Source of the DNA: a virus
Length of the DNA stretch: 64,000 bases
Strand: one strand, 5' to 3'
IMG/VR virus record: IMGVR_UViG_3300042464_001105
Location: 1-64,000 of that record
The notes below the pieces were generated by a model, which worked only from the letters and a program-made list of their open reading frames with translations, was not told the DNA's origin and did not search any database. Numbering within the stretch: the first letter of the stretch is position 1; each line of letters begins with the position of its first letter. Shown piece after piece: positions 38,957 to 49,288 of this stretch. The position numbers and the translations under genes were made by a program.

Positions 38957-39217
38957 ATGGGAACAAGCTTTATTAGCACTCTATTCGTGGGAATCACCGT
39001 ATTGGTCGTATTGATGATTCTCCTGTTGGTTCTGTTGTTTGTCGGAGTCGGCGCGTACCGATTGATCTCTGCCAAAAGAGAGCGTTCGACAATCGACTTA
39101 TCCGATGGGCTAGACGAATCGGAGATTCAAATCATCCGCAACGCACTACTGAAGAAGCAGACGGCGGACAAGGAAGCGGCAGTTAAAGCCAAGGTTGCCG
39201 AAGTCGTCAAGTCGTAG
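38957..39217 (+). CDS. Small membrane protein (holin-like candidate)
   Basis: Long hydrophobic N-terminus, charged C-terminus. Confidence 0.6.
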   Translation: MGTSFISTLFVGITVLVVLMILLLVLLFVGVGAYRLISAKRERSTIDLSDGLDESEIQIIRNALLKKQTADKEAAVKAKVAEVVKS

Positions 39218-39229
39218 AGGGTGTTGCAA

Positions 39230-39616
39230 ATGACAAATATGCTCGAGCAAGGCAGCCAATGGCTGAGCGATCAGATCGACCAGTACGCTGCGTCAAGCGT
39301 TCTGTATCGACGTGGCTCGCTGACGGTCCCAGTTCAAGCGGGCAAGGGACGAACGACGTTCGAGCTAACCGATACGAGCGGAATTCTCATTTCTATCGAG
39401 TCGAGGGACTTTTTGATTTCGGCTGCCAACCTTTTGCTTGACGATACCCCAGCCCTGCCGGAAGTCGGAGATCGCATTATTGAAACAATCGGCGGAGAAC
39501 TGCACGCATTCGAGGTCAGTAATTTCGGCGTCGAGCAACCGTATCGATTCTGCGATCCGTACCGACACAAGCTGCGAATTCACACACGCTATATCGGAGT
39601 GATTGTCAGCTTATGA
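39230..39616 (+). CDS. Head-closure/head-tail adaptor
   Basis: SRDFLI...LPEVGDRI...LRIHT; position in the operon. Confidence 0.7.
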   Translation: MTNMLEQGSQWLSDQIDQYAASSVLYRRGSLTVPVQAGKGRTTFELTDTSGILISIESRDFLISAANLLLDDTPALPEVGDRIIETIGGELHAFEVSNFGVEQPYRFCDPYRHKLRIHTRYIGVIVSL

Positions 39617-42615
39617 GCGCTCCCGTGATTCCAGGCGTGCCAATAGATGGTCTTAAACCAGCGGATTTGCTGTGGGCAAGCATCCTTAGCAAGCCTCTGC
39701 TTTTTCCACCGAGTCCGCATTCCCATGGTAGTGCCGATCTACCTGTAACCGTAGCTCGCATCGATCTGTCGAACACGTTTACTCAGAACCAGCTGTTTCA
39801 TGGCAACGCAGAAGTAGCCGGATTGCTAAGTGTCAAAGGCACAGACTACACCACCAGAGCAACTATTAACGGCAACACTGGTGCTTTTGAAATCAATGCA
39901 GGCGATTACCAAGTCAAACTTCATGGAGACGCCAACGGTCCAATCCTCCAAAGTTTTGCATCAAAGCCCCTACAAATCAACCCACTCGGAAACGACACTG
40001 TATTCCCGTCTTGGTATTGGATTCGAGATTCCTACAATCGAATCATGTTTGCTGGGGGTTCATCTACTTATTTAGCTGGACAAGGTACTTACCCTGTTAT
40101 TCACCGAAATGCTTCTGGGCAAGATGTGTTTCGAAACCAAGACAACGGAGACCAACTACTTCGTGGTAGTCTTTTGATTAGCTCTGGCACCAGTGATCCT
40201 AGTGGTTCCACAGCAACTCCCGCAAAAGCTTTTGTAGATTTCCGAAGTGGGGGTTGGACTTATTCGGCTGGTAGAATTGAAGGAAGAACGTACGCTGCAA
40301 ACCTCATTTATGGCGATCTGGTTCTGTCGGCCAATCCTTCCATATTGATTACAGACGGTAGTAACCTTTCAAACGACTTAGCGATTCGTGGAAATACTGG
40401 CAATGTTGAACTTAGCCGTGCTACTCGTCTCACGTTCCTAGGTCCAAATTCTGGTTATCGCACTGCAATTGAAAACAATTGGGACTCTGGTAGAGCTTTT
40501 GCGATTACGGCAGGTGGATACGATGTAATCAAATGCTCCTCAGATGTGTACAACTCGTTGACCATAGGACATTCGGGAACACAAAACGTAAACTTTCCAG
40601 GAGTTAGTACGACCTTTGCCGGTACTGGGGCGTTTAATGGGCTGATAGCCCATTCCATGCCTGGAGGTTCGATCTCTTCTCCATCTCGTTCTAGGCTGGA
40701 TTTCTGGAGCGGTAACTACTCGTATCGTACTGGAGCGATCTATACCGAAAGCTACGCAAACGACAGTCTAGCCACAAATATGTTCTTGTGTGCTAACCCC
40801 AACCTTCTCAACCCACCTACGCCTAATATCACGATTGCAGGGGCAACGGGTAACGTAACGTTTTCAAACGGGGCAACGTTTTCCGGTACTGTAAGACTTC
40901 CAACCGGAACGTGGCACACGAGTACAGAGTCTACACCAAAACAACGGCTTTTCTTTAGCGTAGATGCAACCAGTTACTATCAAGGACATGGATCATTTCC
41001 ACACATATTTAGAAATGGTGCAGGTACTGATCGTTTAACCATCCGAGACAGCGGTACTACGCTTATAGACGGACCAATGTTTGTTGGTTCTGGGACTGGT
41101 AGCGATGGAAGACGACTGATATCCCCGAACTATGATGGGTCAGCAAATGGACATTTCGCATCTGGCTTAGTAGCTGAACGAGGATCTATAGCTATTGGGC
41201 TTGCCTGGGGCATGTATCAAGATAACACAACCAGTTGGTTGTCTGGATGGGACTATGGTGCTTTATCTAGAACTGCCTTGTTGAACGACTTCGCAGGATT
41301 ACGGTACATAACTACAGACGCAACCACTGCTGCCCCAGGATCGGTACTACCTTCGCAACCAACAACAAAGTTTAGCGTATCACCAACAGGTGCACTTACG
41401 ACTACTGGTCCTGCGGTGTTTGGCGGAACCATGGCCTGCCAGTATGGCATGACCATAACCGAACTCGGCACCTCCACAATGCAATGGTTGCTTTATAAGA
41501 ATGCGGGCGTAGGACAACCACTGTATATCCGAGATATGGTCAACAGTCATAACCATGTGATCATCTACCCTGGAGCTACATCATACGCCTCCACTGTTGG
41601 TTTTGAATCTCATGTCGTTGTGAATCAAGGCTTACAAGTAGCTTCAAACGCTTCCCACATTGGTTTTGATGCGGGACCCAATAACTATCTTGGAGGAATC
41701 ACGTACTTTAGACCGTCAATAGGCGGAGCTATTACTGCATCGATAGACGGAACGACAGGAATTGCTGCATTTGGAGGACAAGCCATAGCTGACAGTCTGG
41801 CAGTTACTACCTCAGCTAGGATAGGAGCTGGAGCACTCGGCGGATTGTTGTACTTCGGCAATGGAAGTAATTGGATCTTTCAGGACTCCAATAGTTTCCA
41901 CATCGATAGCAATGGTGGAGGAGTTCAATTTCGCAATGCCTTAACGGCACTCCCATATTTTCGTGTTACCGCAGCAGGGCACGTAACTACCTGGGGAGCT
42001 ATAGACTCAACGGGTAGCGTCAACTCGAATCGCTCACTCAGCCTGGGTAACGATAACCTTGGTGCAGAAACCATCACCTTTGTAGGAGTAATTCCCGCCT
42101 ATCGTACGGTCATCGAAAACAACTGGAACTCGGATCGATCGTTTGCAATCACCAATGGTGGGTACGATGTCTTTAAGTGTTCCAATGGTGGCTACACTAG
42201 CATCACTATCGGAAGTGATATTACGCAAAGTACGATCATCAAGGGTAATCCTCAAGCAGTCGGATTCACTGCTATTGAACCCGGCAAAGGTGCAGCAGCA
42301 ATAGCAGCAGGTGGGTTCTCCGGTACAGGATTCTTTGCTTGGTTTAAGCCTGGCGGTACTAGGCAAGGCTATGTTGGATTTGATTCTGGTGAAAACATCG
42401 GATTCGTCAATGAGCGAAGTGGTGGCATATTCACCTTCAATGCCGCGGTAAATGTTGCCAGTTATGTGACTTCCAGTTTTCAATCCTTGTCTGCCGATCC
42501 GACGACCCTAGACCTCACCGCAGGTCAATCACGACTCGTGAAAAACACGACATCAGGTTTATTACGTTTGTGGGCCAATGATGGTGGCACCATAAAATCT
42601 GTGACACTTACTTAA
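39613..42615 (+). CDS. Fibre/spike-like virion protein
   Basis: 1000 aa, Gly/Ser/Thr-rich, PSPHSH and NTFT fibre-like motifs, internal duplication. Confidence 0.7.
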   Translation: MSAPVIPGVPIDGLKPADLLWASILSKPLLFPPSPHSHGSADLPVTVARIDLSNTFTQNQLFHGNAEVAGLLSVKGTDYTTRATINGNTGAFEINAGDYQVKLHGDANGPILQSFASKPLQINPLGNDTVFPSWYWIRDSYNRIMFAGGSSTYLAGQGTYPVIHRNASGQDVFRNQDNGDQLLRGSLLISSGTSDPSGSTATPAKAFVDFRSGGWTYSAGRIEGRTYAANLIYGDLVLSANPSILITDGSNLSNDLAIRGNTGNVELSRATRLTFLGPNSGYRTAIENNWDSGRAFAITAGGYDVIKCSSDVYNSLTIGHSGTQNVNFPGVSTTFAGTGAFNGLIAHSMPGGSISSPSRSRLDFWSGNYSYRTGAIYTESYANDSLATNMFLCANPNLLNPPTPNITIAGATGNVTFSNGATFSGTVRLPTGTWHTSTESTPKQRLFFSVDATSYYQGHGSFPHIFRNGAGTDRLTIRDSGTTLIDGPMFVGSGTGSDGRRLISPNYDGSANGHFASGLVAERGSIAIGLAWGMYQDNTTSWLSGWDYGALSRTALLNDFAGLRYITTDATTAAPGSVLPSQPTTKFSVSPTGALTTTGPAVFGGTMACQYGMTITELGTSTMQWLLYKNAGVGQPLYIRDMVNSHNHVIIYPGATSYASTVGFESHVVVNQGLQVASNASHIGFDAGPNNYLGGITYFRPSIGGAITASIDGTTGIAAFGGQAIADSLAVTTSARIGAGALGGLLYFGNGSNWIFQDSNSFHIDSNGGGVQFRNALTALPYFRVTAAGHVTTWGAIDSTGSVNSNRSLSLGNDNLGAETITFVGVIPAYRTVIENNWNSDRSFAITNGGYDVFKCSNGGYTSITIGSDITQSTIIKGNPQAVGFTAIEPGKGAAAIAAGGFSGTGFFAWFKPGGTRQGYVGFDSGENIGFVNERSGGIFTFNAAVNVASYVTSSFQSLSADPTTLDLTAGQSRLVKNTTSGLLRLWANDGGTIKSVTLT

Positions 42616-42629
42616 CAGCAGGATAATCC

Positions 42630-43553
42630 ATGCCAGAACTACGATCCGCTTTGCCATACGTCTCTCACTTGCGAGTTACCAAACGACCTACTCGTGATTG
42701 GGTTCCAAGTGGATATCAAAACAGAGAAGGGCAAGATCTGTACCAGCAAGTAACTGATTTGCCAGGGATTGAGTGCGAAATCACTCCGTACGTGGGATCG
42801 GTGAAAGGTCCAGCAAGCCAATTCAAGTTCCCGAGCAAAGCATTCTTCGAGAAGGCTCTTGCTGATTTGGATGCGAAACCAACGAAGACTGAGCAAGACA
42901 CCCTGGCAATCACGAATATCGAAGCCACGATTGCTAGAACCGATATCGTGTGGGCGGAAACAATCTTGCTGGCTGGTTCGTTACCAACTCTTGACTCTCT
43001 TTGGGAAGGTGTCTTCTCGGATGCACTCGATGAGTTCCCAACCTGGAAGGAACCGGAAACAGCCGTTGGCGGTATTCCGTTGTTCGTGAAGGAGATGCAA
43101 TGGGATGCTCGAATGCCGTTCGAATCCTCCAAATCGATCTTGCTCAAAGTGGGTCTCTACGACAACGACCAAGAGCACGGTAATCCCCAACTATACACGC
43201 TCAATTTCGAAGACTCCACAACCAAAGCGCAACGGGAATCCTACACTACCCAAATCCAACGACGTATCGACCAACTATCGGACGAGATTGAAGCGATCAA
43301 GGAGGAGCAAAGTACCGCCAGGATTCAAAAAGTACAAGAACTCGGTCGATTCCAATTAGAAAAGTCTCAGCGAGATGCAATTGAAAACGGATTGATGACC
43401 GACTTGCTTGCGAATGTTTCTGTTCAGCAATCGCTACCAGCTCTATTGCTATCGATCATCGGCACCCTAAAGGCCCAACACTGGCCCGACTTGGACATGA
43501 AGGTCGTACAGGAACGTTTGCTCCTTTCGCTGGCGGACATCGCCACCGCTTAG
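42630..43553 (+). CDS. Hypothetical protein (possible fibre chaperone)
   Basis: AGGA RBS; follows the fibre gene. Confidence 0.65.
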   Translation: MPELRSALPYVSHLRVTKRPTRDWVPSGYQNREGQDLYQQVTDLPGIECEITPYVGSVKGPASQFKFPSKAFFEKALADLDAKPTKTEQDTLAITNIEATIARTDIVWAETILLAGSLPTLDSLWEGVFSDALDEFPTWKEPETAVGGIPLFVKEMQWDARMPFESSKSILLKVGLYDNDQEHGNPQLYTLNFEDSTTKAQRESYTTQIQRRIDQLSDEIEAIKEEQSTARIQKVQELGRFQLEKSQRDAIENGLMTDLLANVSVQQSLPALLLSIIGTLKAQHWPDLDMKVVQERLLLSLADIATA

Positions 43554-43618
43554 GTGCATTCTTTTGACACTATGGATTGTTGTTTGTTTACCCGTTCTAT
43601 ATGGAAAGAGAGCCCAAA

Positions 43619-44104
43619 ATGGCTAACGAAAAAGTGTTTGAAACAGGCATGGATGAGAGCTTTAAGCAAGCGTCGACCGCTCAGGTTGGGTACACGGCCG
43701 AGAACGAAAGGCTCTTGTATGCCAATTTAAAGCGTACCTACGACGAGTATCAACAGGAGTCTCTCGAGTCGATCAAGCGGAATCGATCCATCGTTGACAA
43801 ATTGCTCAGCGATGCACAGCAATATGACAACCAGCGGCAAGCAATCGCAAACCAGTCTCTTCAGAATGCTGTTGAAACTGCGAACATGGTTGCCAAGAAT
43901 GCGATTGTGAATATCGACGCGCTCCAAAAGCAGCACACTTCCCACCGGGACGTCGCAACTGACAACCTCTGGAATCCAGTGCAGCAAGGGGCTGGGGATG
44001 CGGTCACCATGCGCTCGGTAACCCTCGATGATGTATCGCTCAAGTCGCTCGGGGCATCCATTGCGGCGGCTGTGGCAGCTGCGATCAATCCTCCCAAGGC
44101 TTAG
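43619..44104 (+). CDS. Hypothetical helical protein
   Basis: Q/N/A-rich ORF within the operon. Confidence 0.65.
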   Translation: MANEKVFETGMDESFKQASTAQVGYTAENERLLYANLKRTYDEYQQESLESIKRNRSIVDKLLSDAQQYDNQRQAIANQSLQNAVETANMVAKNAIVNIDALQKQHTSHRDVATDNLWNPVQQGAGDAVTMRSVTLDDVSLKSLGASIAAAVAAAINPPKA

Positions 44105-44137
44105 ATCTCACTTTGTGAGCATTCGTAGGTAGAGATT

Positions 44138-44953
44138 ATGATTCCAGTCAGCACAACACGCCCCCCCGGTTTAACGCTCTATGCGTTTCCAGAGGGGTTT
44201 TCGTTAGCTGACTGGACGTCCTATCGCGTGTTACTCAGCGAACTACCTGCTCCAAATTCAGGTTATTATACCGCCGATATTGACGAATCCCTTGCCTCCC
44301 TGTGGAGATTGTTCGAGGGAGCGGCTCAGCCCGTTTCCTGGGGAGAGGCGATAGAGTACTTTCCCCTCAATACAAGCAATGGTGGCTCGGGGGCTTATAT
44401 CGTCACGGTGGAAGTCACTTCGGACAGTCTGCCTGTTCGTGGAGCCATTGTGACGATCGAGCAGGATGGGCTCACCGTTCTGCATGTTGTTACCAAGTCG
44501 CTGGGAGTGGCAGCAGTAGCGCTAGATCCAGGTGACTACACAGTGACGATTGTGGCGACCGGATTCACATCCATTGTGGATTCGCCGTTTACGGTTGCTG
44601 AGGACATGACTCTTGCCCGGAGCCTGACCTTGGCACCGTTGGATCCGCCAACAGCCGCCGATACGTGCCGTGTGAGTTTGCAAGCAACACGCGGTGCAAC
44701 TGGCGAAAGAGTCCGAGTTGTCATCACCACCAGTTCTGTGGGGCGGGACCAAGACCTCGCGTTTCTCAATACAGCTTTCGACGGCGAGACCGACGACAAT
44801 GGCATCCTGTTGGTAGACCTGCCATGGTCGAGCAGCGCTGGGGTGGGCGCTTATCGATTCAGGCTGATCGATCTAGTATCCGGCAAAATCCTGCATGATC
44901 GAACGTGCACGGTTCCCGACGAGGAGAACGCTATCTATGAGGACCTCGTATGA
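44138..44953 (+). CDS. Protein with carboxypeptidase-regulatory-like (Ig) domain
   Basis: PVRGAIVTI...LDPGDYTVTIVATGF. Confidence 0.7.
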   Translation: MIPVSTTRPPGLTLYAFPEGFSLADWTSYRVLLSELPAPNSGYYTADIDESLASLWRLFEGAAQPVSWGEAIEYFPLNTSNGGSGAYIVTVEVTSDSLPVRGAIVTIEQDGLTVLHVVTKSLGVAAVALDPGDYTVTIVATGFTSIVDSPFTVAEDMTLARSLTLAPLDPPTAADTCRVSLQATRGATGERVRVVITTSSVGRDQDLAFLNTAFDGETDDNGILLVDLPWSSSAGVGAYRFRLIDLVSGKILHDRTCTVPDEENAIYEDLV

Positions 44954-45390
44954 CCGTCCCATTGATACTCCAGCTTTGTGACAAGATCGTAACGCTGCTC
45001 AACAACGGTTCGAGGAGCGGCACCTATGGCATGCGTTTCGAGGCCGTACGCTACTTTCAGCCACGATTCACACTGCCGGAACTGGAGGAAGGAGTAAAAG
45101 TCTGCGTCGTGCCAGCGGAAGTCGAACGGAGCAACTTGAGCCGATCGGTCAATCAACAGAATTCGACCATCCAAATCGGGGTACTTTCTAGGGTAGTTTC
45201 GACCTTGGCTGGGATCGATCCGTTTGTGGCGTTGGTTGATTCGATGGCTTTAAACCTTGACGGTGCGCAGCTGGACAACGTTTCCACAGTCGTCGAAGCC
45301 AAGATTGCTCCGATCTTTGACCAGCAATTGCTACGAGATAACAAGCAATTCACATCGATCCTCTCGATCATCGTGAGGTCATTTCTATGA
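44950..45390 (+). CDS. Tail terminator-like protein
   Basis: Size, position, ATGA coupling. Confidence 0.6.
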   Translation: MTVPLILQLCDKIVTLLNNGSRSGTYGMRFEAVRYFQPRFTLPELEEGVKVCVVPAEVERSNLSRSVNQQNSTIQIGVLSRVVSTLAGIDPFVALVDSMALNLDGAQLDNVSTVVEAKIAPIFDQQLLRDNKQFTSILSIIVRSFL

Positions 45391-46010
45391 TCACCATGAA
45401 ACCAGCCAAGGCGAAGGATTTCTTCTTCGACCGAGTCCTTGTCACGCAATACATGGATCGAAAGACAGCCTCGGCTCTTGCCAAAGGGGGCGGACTCATT
45501 CGCCGCATCGCACAAAACAGCATGCGATCTCGAAAGAAGGCATCCGCACCTGGCACGCCTCCCTCTAGGCACAGGCCACGCGGTCAGGGTCTTACCTACA
45601 TCCTGTATGTCTTCGATCCTCGAACCAAGTCGGTTGTCATCGGTCCAGTTCTATTCACAAAAACGGTGAATGCAGACGGAACAACGGCGCCGGAAGCCAA
45701 CGAATTCGGGGGACGCGTCAAACGTCGAGCCGAGAGAGCACAAGGGCACGTGTTTTCCATTGGGGAACGTGGTCCGATTCGGGAGATAAGCCAACCTTCC
45801 CCCAGATCGAAGCGCTTCGCAAGACCGATTCTGGTCTCTGCCAAGCAGGTCGAACGGGCACAACGGATCCACGATGAGTATGTGTTGTTCCGGATCGCGG
45901 CCACGGGCGGCGTTGCCAATTATCCCAAGCGAGCTTTTATGGGACCAGCTCTCGAAGTAGCCAAGCCGAAATTGCCCGAACTGTGGGCATCCGCGGTCCA
46001 GTCACACTAA
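45387..46010 (+). CDS. Neck/tail completion protein
   Basis: ASAPGTPPS...SVVIGP...KRAFMGPALE. Confidence 0.7.
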   Translation: MITMKPAKAKDFFFDRVLVTQYMDRKTASALAKGGGLIRRIAQNSMRSRKKASAPGTPPSRHRPRGQGLTYILYVFDPRTKSVVIGPVLFTKTVNADGTTAPEANEFGGRVKRRAERAQGHVFSIGERGPIREISQPSPRSKRFARPILVSAKQVERAQRIHDEYVLFRIAATGGVANYPKRAFMGPALEVAKPKLPELWASAVQSH

Positions 46011-46046
46011 AACCGGTCGACAAAAAAAGGAGTTTATAAAGAGATC

Positions 46047-46505
46047 ATGGTAAGACTCGGACTCAAAGCCAAGCTCTATCGCAATACGGGCTCCTATGGA
46101 TCCCCCGTGTGGAATGAGGTCAAGAATGTCAAAGACCTAACGCTCACAATCGAAAAGGGTGAAGCGGATGTGAGTACTCGAGGCAACGATGGCTGGCGAG
46201 CGCTCATCGGTACACTCAAATCCGCTTCGATCGAGTTTCAAATGGTTTGGGACACGGCCGATGATGATCACACTGCCTTTCACACCGCTTTCTTCGCCGA
46301 TAGTCCCGTCGAGTTCGCAATCATGGATGGAAAAATGGTCGCTGATTCGGGCGGTGAAGCTAGCCAAGGACTACGCGCCACTTGCAGCATCTTCAATTTC
46401 AGCCGAAACGAAGAGCTTGAAAACGCCATCATGACCGACGTTTCCATCAAACCCACCTATGCCATCAATGCTCCCTCTTGGATCACCGGAACGGTAGGAC
46501 TCTAA
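46047..46505 (+). CDS. Tail tube protein
   Basis: VKDLTL..EADVSTR..GW..LKSASIEF. Confidence 0.8.
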   Translation: MVRLGLKAKLYRNTGSYGSPVWNEVKNVKDLTLTIEKGEADVSTRGNDGWRALIGTLKSASIEFQMVWDTADDDHTAFHTAFFADSPVEFAIMDGKMVADSGGEASQGLRATCSIFNFSRNEELENAIMTDVSIKPTYAINAPSWITGTVGL

Positions 46506-46509
46506 CATC

Positions 46510-46959
46510 ATGCCAAATTTTACGGATGCATTGGGCCGAACGTGGCCATTGAGCGTATCCTACGCCACCTGCAAAAAGATTCAATCGCAATGCGATATCA
46601 ACCTACTCGATGTCGCGCAGATCGATCAAACGATTGGTCGTATGCGTCTCGACAATCTTCTGGTGGGGGACATTGTCCTCTGTTTATGCAGTGCCGAATG
46701 TACCGCTCGCGGAATTAGCCTCGACAACTTTCAGGACGCTCTCGATGGTGAGGCGCTCGACAGTGCGAGCAGTGCGTTGCTGGAGGGACTTGCGTATTTT
46801 TTCCGGAGAGGTCAGAAGGGAAAGCTTCTGACCGAAATGATCAGCAAGCTAAAGCAGATGGAGCTGACCGCAACCAATCAGGCTCTGGCAGACATCGAGC
46901 GCGAGACGAATGGGAAGTCTGGCGATTCGGCTACGGTCTTGCAGGAATCCTCCACGTAG
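46510..46959 (+). CDS. Tail assembly chaperone (gpG-like)
   Basis: Between tail tube and tape measure genes; FTDALGRTW...LAYFF. Confidence 0.75.
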   Translation: MPNFTDALGRTWPLSVSYATCKKIQSQCDINLLDVAQIDQTIGRMRLDNLLVGDIVLCLCSAECTARGISLDNFQDALDGEALDSASSALLEGLAYFFRRGQKGKLLTEMISKLKQMELTATNQALADIERETNGKSGDSATVLQESST

Positions 46960-47207
46960 ATCCCGGCCCTTTCACATTGCGTGAATTGGTTTGGATGGTC
47001 GAGGAACAGCAAGATAACTGGTGGGACCATACGGCATCCATCCTGGCGATCATTGCCGAGGTCAATCGGGACAAGAAGAAGAATCCAACCCCCTTCACGG
47101 CATCAAAATTTCATCCTCGGAAAGCGAAATTAAAGCAACAAACAATTGAGCAAGTCGATTTAAGAATACTCAAGTCGATTTTTGTGGAGAGGAGGCCACT
47201 GCAGTAA
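46818..47207 (+). CDS. -1 frameshift extension (gpGT-like)
   Basis: G GGA AAG at 46818-24 in the correct phase; the -1 frame is open to 47207 (AGILHVDPGPFTLRELVWM). Confidence 0.65.
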   Translation, partial: GKASDRNDQQAKADGADRNQSGSGRHRARDEWEVWRFGYGLAGILHVDPGPFTLRELVWMVEEQQDNWWDHTASILAIIAEVNRDKKKNPTPFTASKFHPRKAKLKQQTIEQVDLRILKSIFVERRPLQ

Positions 47208-47209
47208 TC

Positions 47210-49288
47210 ATGTCCGCAACCAATGTGAGAGCAGGACGAGCGTACGTTGAGATCGCTGCTGATTCGTCACGGTTGGGTCGCGATCTGCGCGCGGCTCAAA
47301 CTCAGATACGCGGCTTTGGGGATTCGGTTCGAAACATTGGATTGCAACTGGGAACGTTGTTTTCGGGCGCAGCGCTTAGCGGTGGGATTTTGAATTCGGC
47401 CAGGTCGTTCGCAGATGCTGGATCGGCACTGGACGATCTTTCACAGCGTTCGGGCGCATCGGTAGAATCGCTGGGGGCATTGTCGTTGGCTGCCAAGCTG
47501 TCCGATACCAGCATGGAGACCTTAGGGAAAGCATTTGCAAAGATGCAACTCCTTATAGTGAAGGCGTCCAAGGGGAATGATGAGGCTGTTGATGCGATCC
47601 AGTCCCTTGGTCTCAATCTGCGAAGTCTCGCGCGCATGTCACCCGACAAGCAATTTGAAGCCTTTGCAGGTGCCATTGCGAAACTCCAAGATCCGGCGTT
47701 GCGGGCCAACGCTGCCGTTTCCGTGTTTAGCAAAAGTGGTCTTGAGTTACTTCCTATGCTCATGGAGGGAAAGGATGGCTTGAGGGATTTGGCCAAAGAG
47801 GCTCGCGACCTTGGATTGGTGATGTCAGGGAAGGATGCGGCATCGGCTGCCGTGTTCGGCGACACACTTGATAAACTACGCATGTCCCTGACAGCCGTTT
47901 ATAACAAAATCGGTGCGGCGCTGGCTCCCATGCTCAATCGTATCACCAGCATTTTTGTTAGTGTGTCCGCGGCCGTTACCAAATGGCTCGACAAGAATCG
48001 TGGGATCATCGCTTTGGTAGCACCCATTGTGGCTGCTCTTGGTTCGGCCGGGGCTTCGGCCATTGGTTTGGGGTTAGCATTCAAGATTGCAGCGATTGCG
48101 GTAGGACCAGCGTTACTTGCGGCCCTTATCGCTGTGAAGACCGCGATTGTAACTGTCGCAGGTGTGCTGGCTGCAGTTGCGATTCCGGCGTTAGCGGTGG
48201 CTGCTGCAATCGGCGGACTGACGGCTACGATATACGCATTGGGGATAACTTGGACCGATGTGGCGACAACGATTGCCAACGTGTGGTCGAGTGCCATGTC
48301 CTTCATTGGCAATTCTCTCAGCCCTGTGGGAACTTTTATTGCCAACTGGGTTAGTAAAATAGTCAATGGCTTCGCATGGATGTATGACGGCGCTACCCAG
48401 TATTTCGGTGCCATTGGCAAAGCGCTCGCCGATGGCAACCTCGAGGGCGCTGGCCAAGTCGCCATGACCGGACTCACACGTGCCTTCCGTGGAGGATTCA
48501 ACGTACTCTACGGCTACTACCTCGCCTTCATCGAGGGTTGGAAGTCCTCGTGGGATATGTGGACAACAGGTCTTGCGGATGGTTTTGTGGTCGCCTGGAC
48601 AAGTATCGAATCGACTTTCACAGACACCATTTCGTACCTTGGTCAAATGTGGACTCTGTTTACTACCGGTTTAACGATCGCTTGGAATTCTTCTATCGGG
48701 TTCATCCAAAAAGCTTGGATCCGGCTCAAGGCGATGTTTGATAAGGATATCAATGTTACGGCCGAGACCAATGCTATCGAACAGCGAACATTGGATGCGA
48801 ATGGGAATGCCTTTGCGAGTGGTGAGTCTGCCATCGTAGCTCGTGAGAAACAACGACGAGACCGTCAGTCGCAGATCCAAGTGGAGCGCGCGACCATGAT
48901 CGGCACTCTAGAATCGGACCGCCAGCGAAGACAAACCGATCATGCTAAAGCGACCGACAGCCTCATGGGCCAAGCGAACGCGGAGTTCGACACTGCCAAG
49001 CAGAGGTACGAAGCGTCTATCAAGGCAGTTCAGGAATTCAGACCAGATTTCAAAGCACGCAAGAACAAGTTCGGTTTCGATCCCGAAAGTCTTTTAACCG
49101 ATACATACAGTCCAGAAAAGAGCCTCACGGAAGCGAGAACGCGCATCGAATCGAAAGGGACATTTAGCGCCTTTGGTGCACGTGGACTGCAATCCGACTC
49201 GGTAGAAAAATCATCGGCTGAGACGGCCAAGAATACAGCCGCCATGTTGCAGTGGATGAAACAAAACCCCGGAGTCCGATTCATATGA
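47210..49288 (+). CDS. Tape measure protein
   Basis: RAGRAYVEI, Ala-rich helical composition, periodic Trp. Confidence 0.9.
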   Translation: MSATNVRAGRAYVEIAADSSRLGRDLRAAQTQIRGFGDSVRNIGLQLGTLFSGAALSGGILNSARSFADAGSALDDLSQRSGASVESLGALSLAAKLSDTSMETLGKAFAKMQLLIVKASKGNDEAVDAIQSLGLNLRSLARMSPDKQFEAFAGAIAKLQDPALRANAAVSVFSKSGLELLPMLMEGKDGLRDLAKEARDLGLVMSGKDAASAAVFGDTLDKLRMSLTAVYNKIGAALAPMLNRITSIFVSVSAAVTKWLDKNRGIIALVAPIVAALGSAGASAIGLGLAFKIAAIAVGPALLAALIAVKTAIVTVAGVLAAVAIPALAVAAAIGGLTATIYALGITWTDVATTIANVWSSAMSFIGNSLSPVGTFIANWVSKIVNGFAWMYDGATQYFGAIGKALADGNLEGAGQVAMTGLTRAFRGGFNVLYGYYLAFIEGWKSSWDMWTTGLADGFVVAWTSIESTFTDTISYLGQMWTLFTTGLTIAWNSSIGFIQKAWIRLKAMFDKDINVTAETNAIEQRTLDANGNAFASGESAIVAREKQRRDRQSQIQVERATMIGTLESDRQRRQTDHAKATDSLMGQANAEFDTAKQRYEASIKAVQEFRPDFKARKNKFGFDPESLLTDTYSPEKSLTEARTRIESKGTFSAFGARGLQSDSVEKSSAETAKNTAAMLQWMKQNPGVRFI

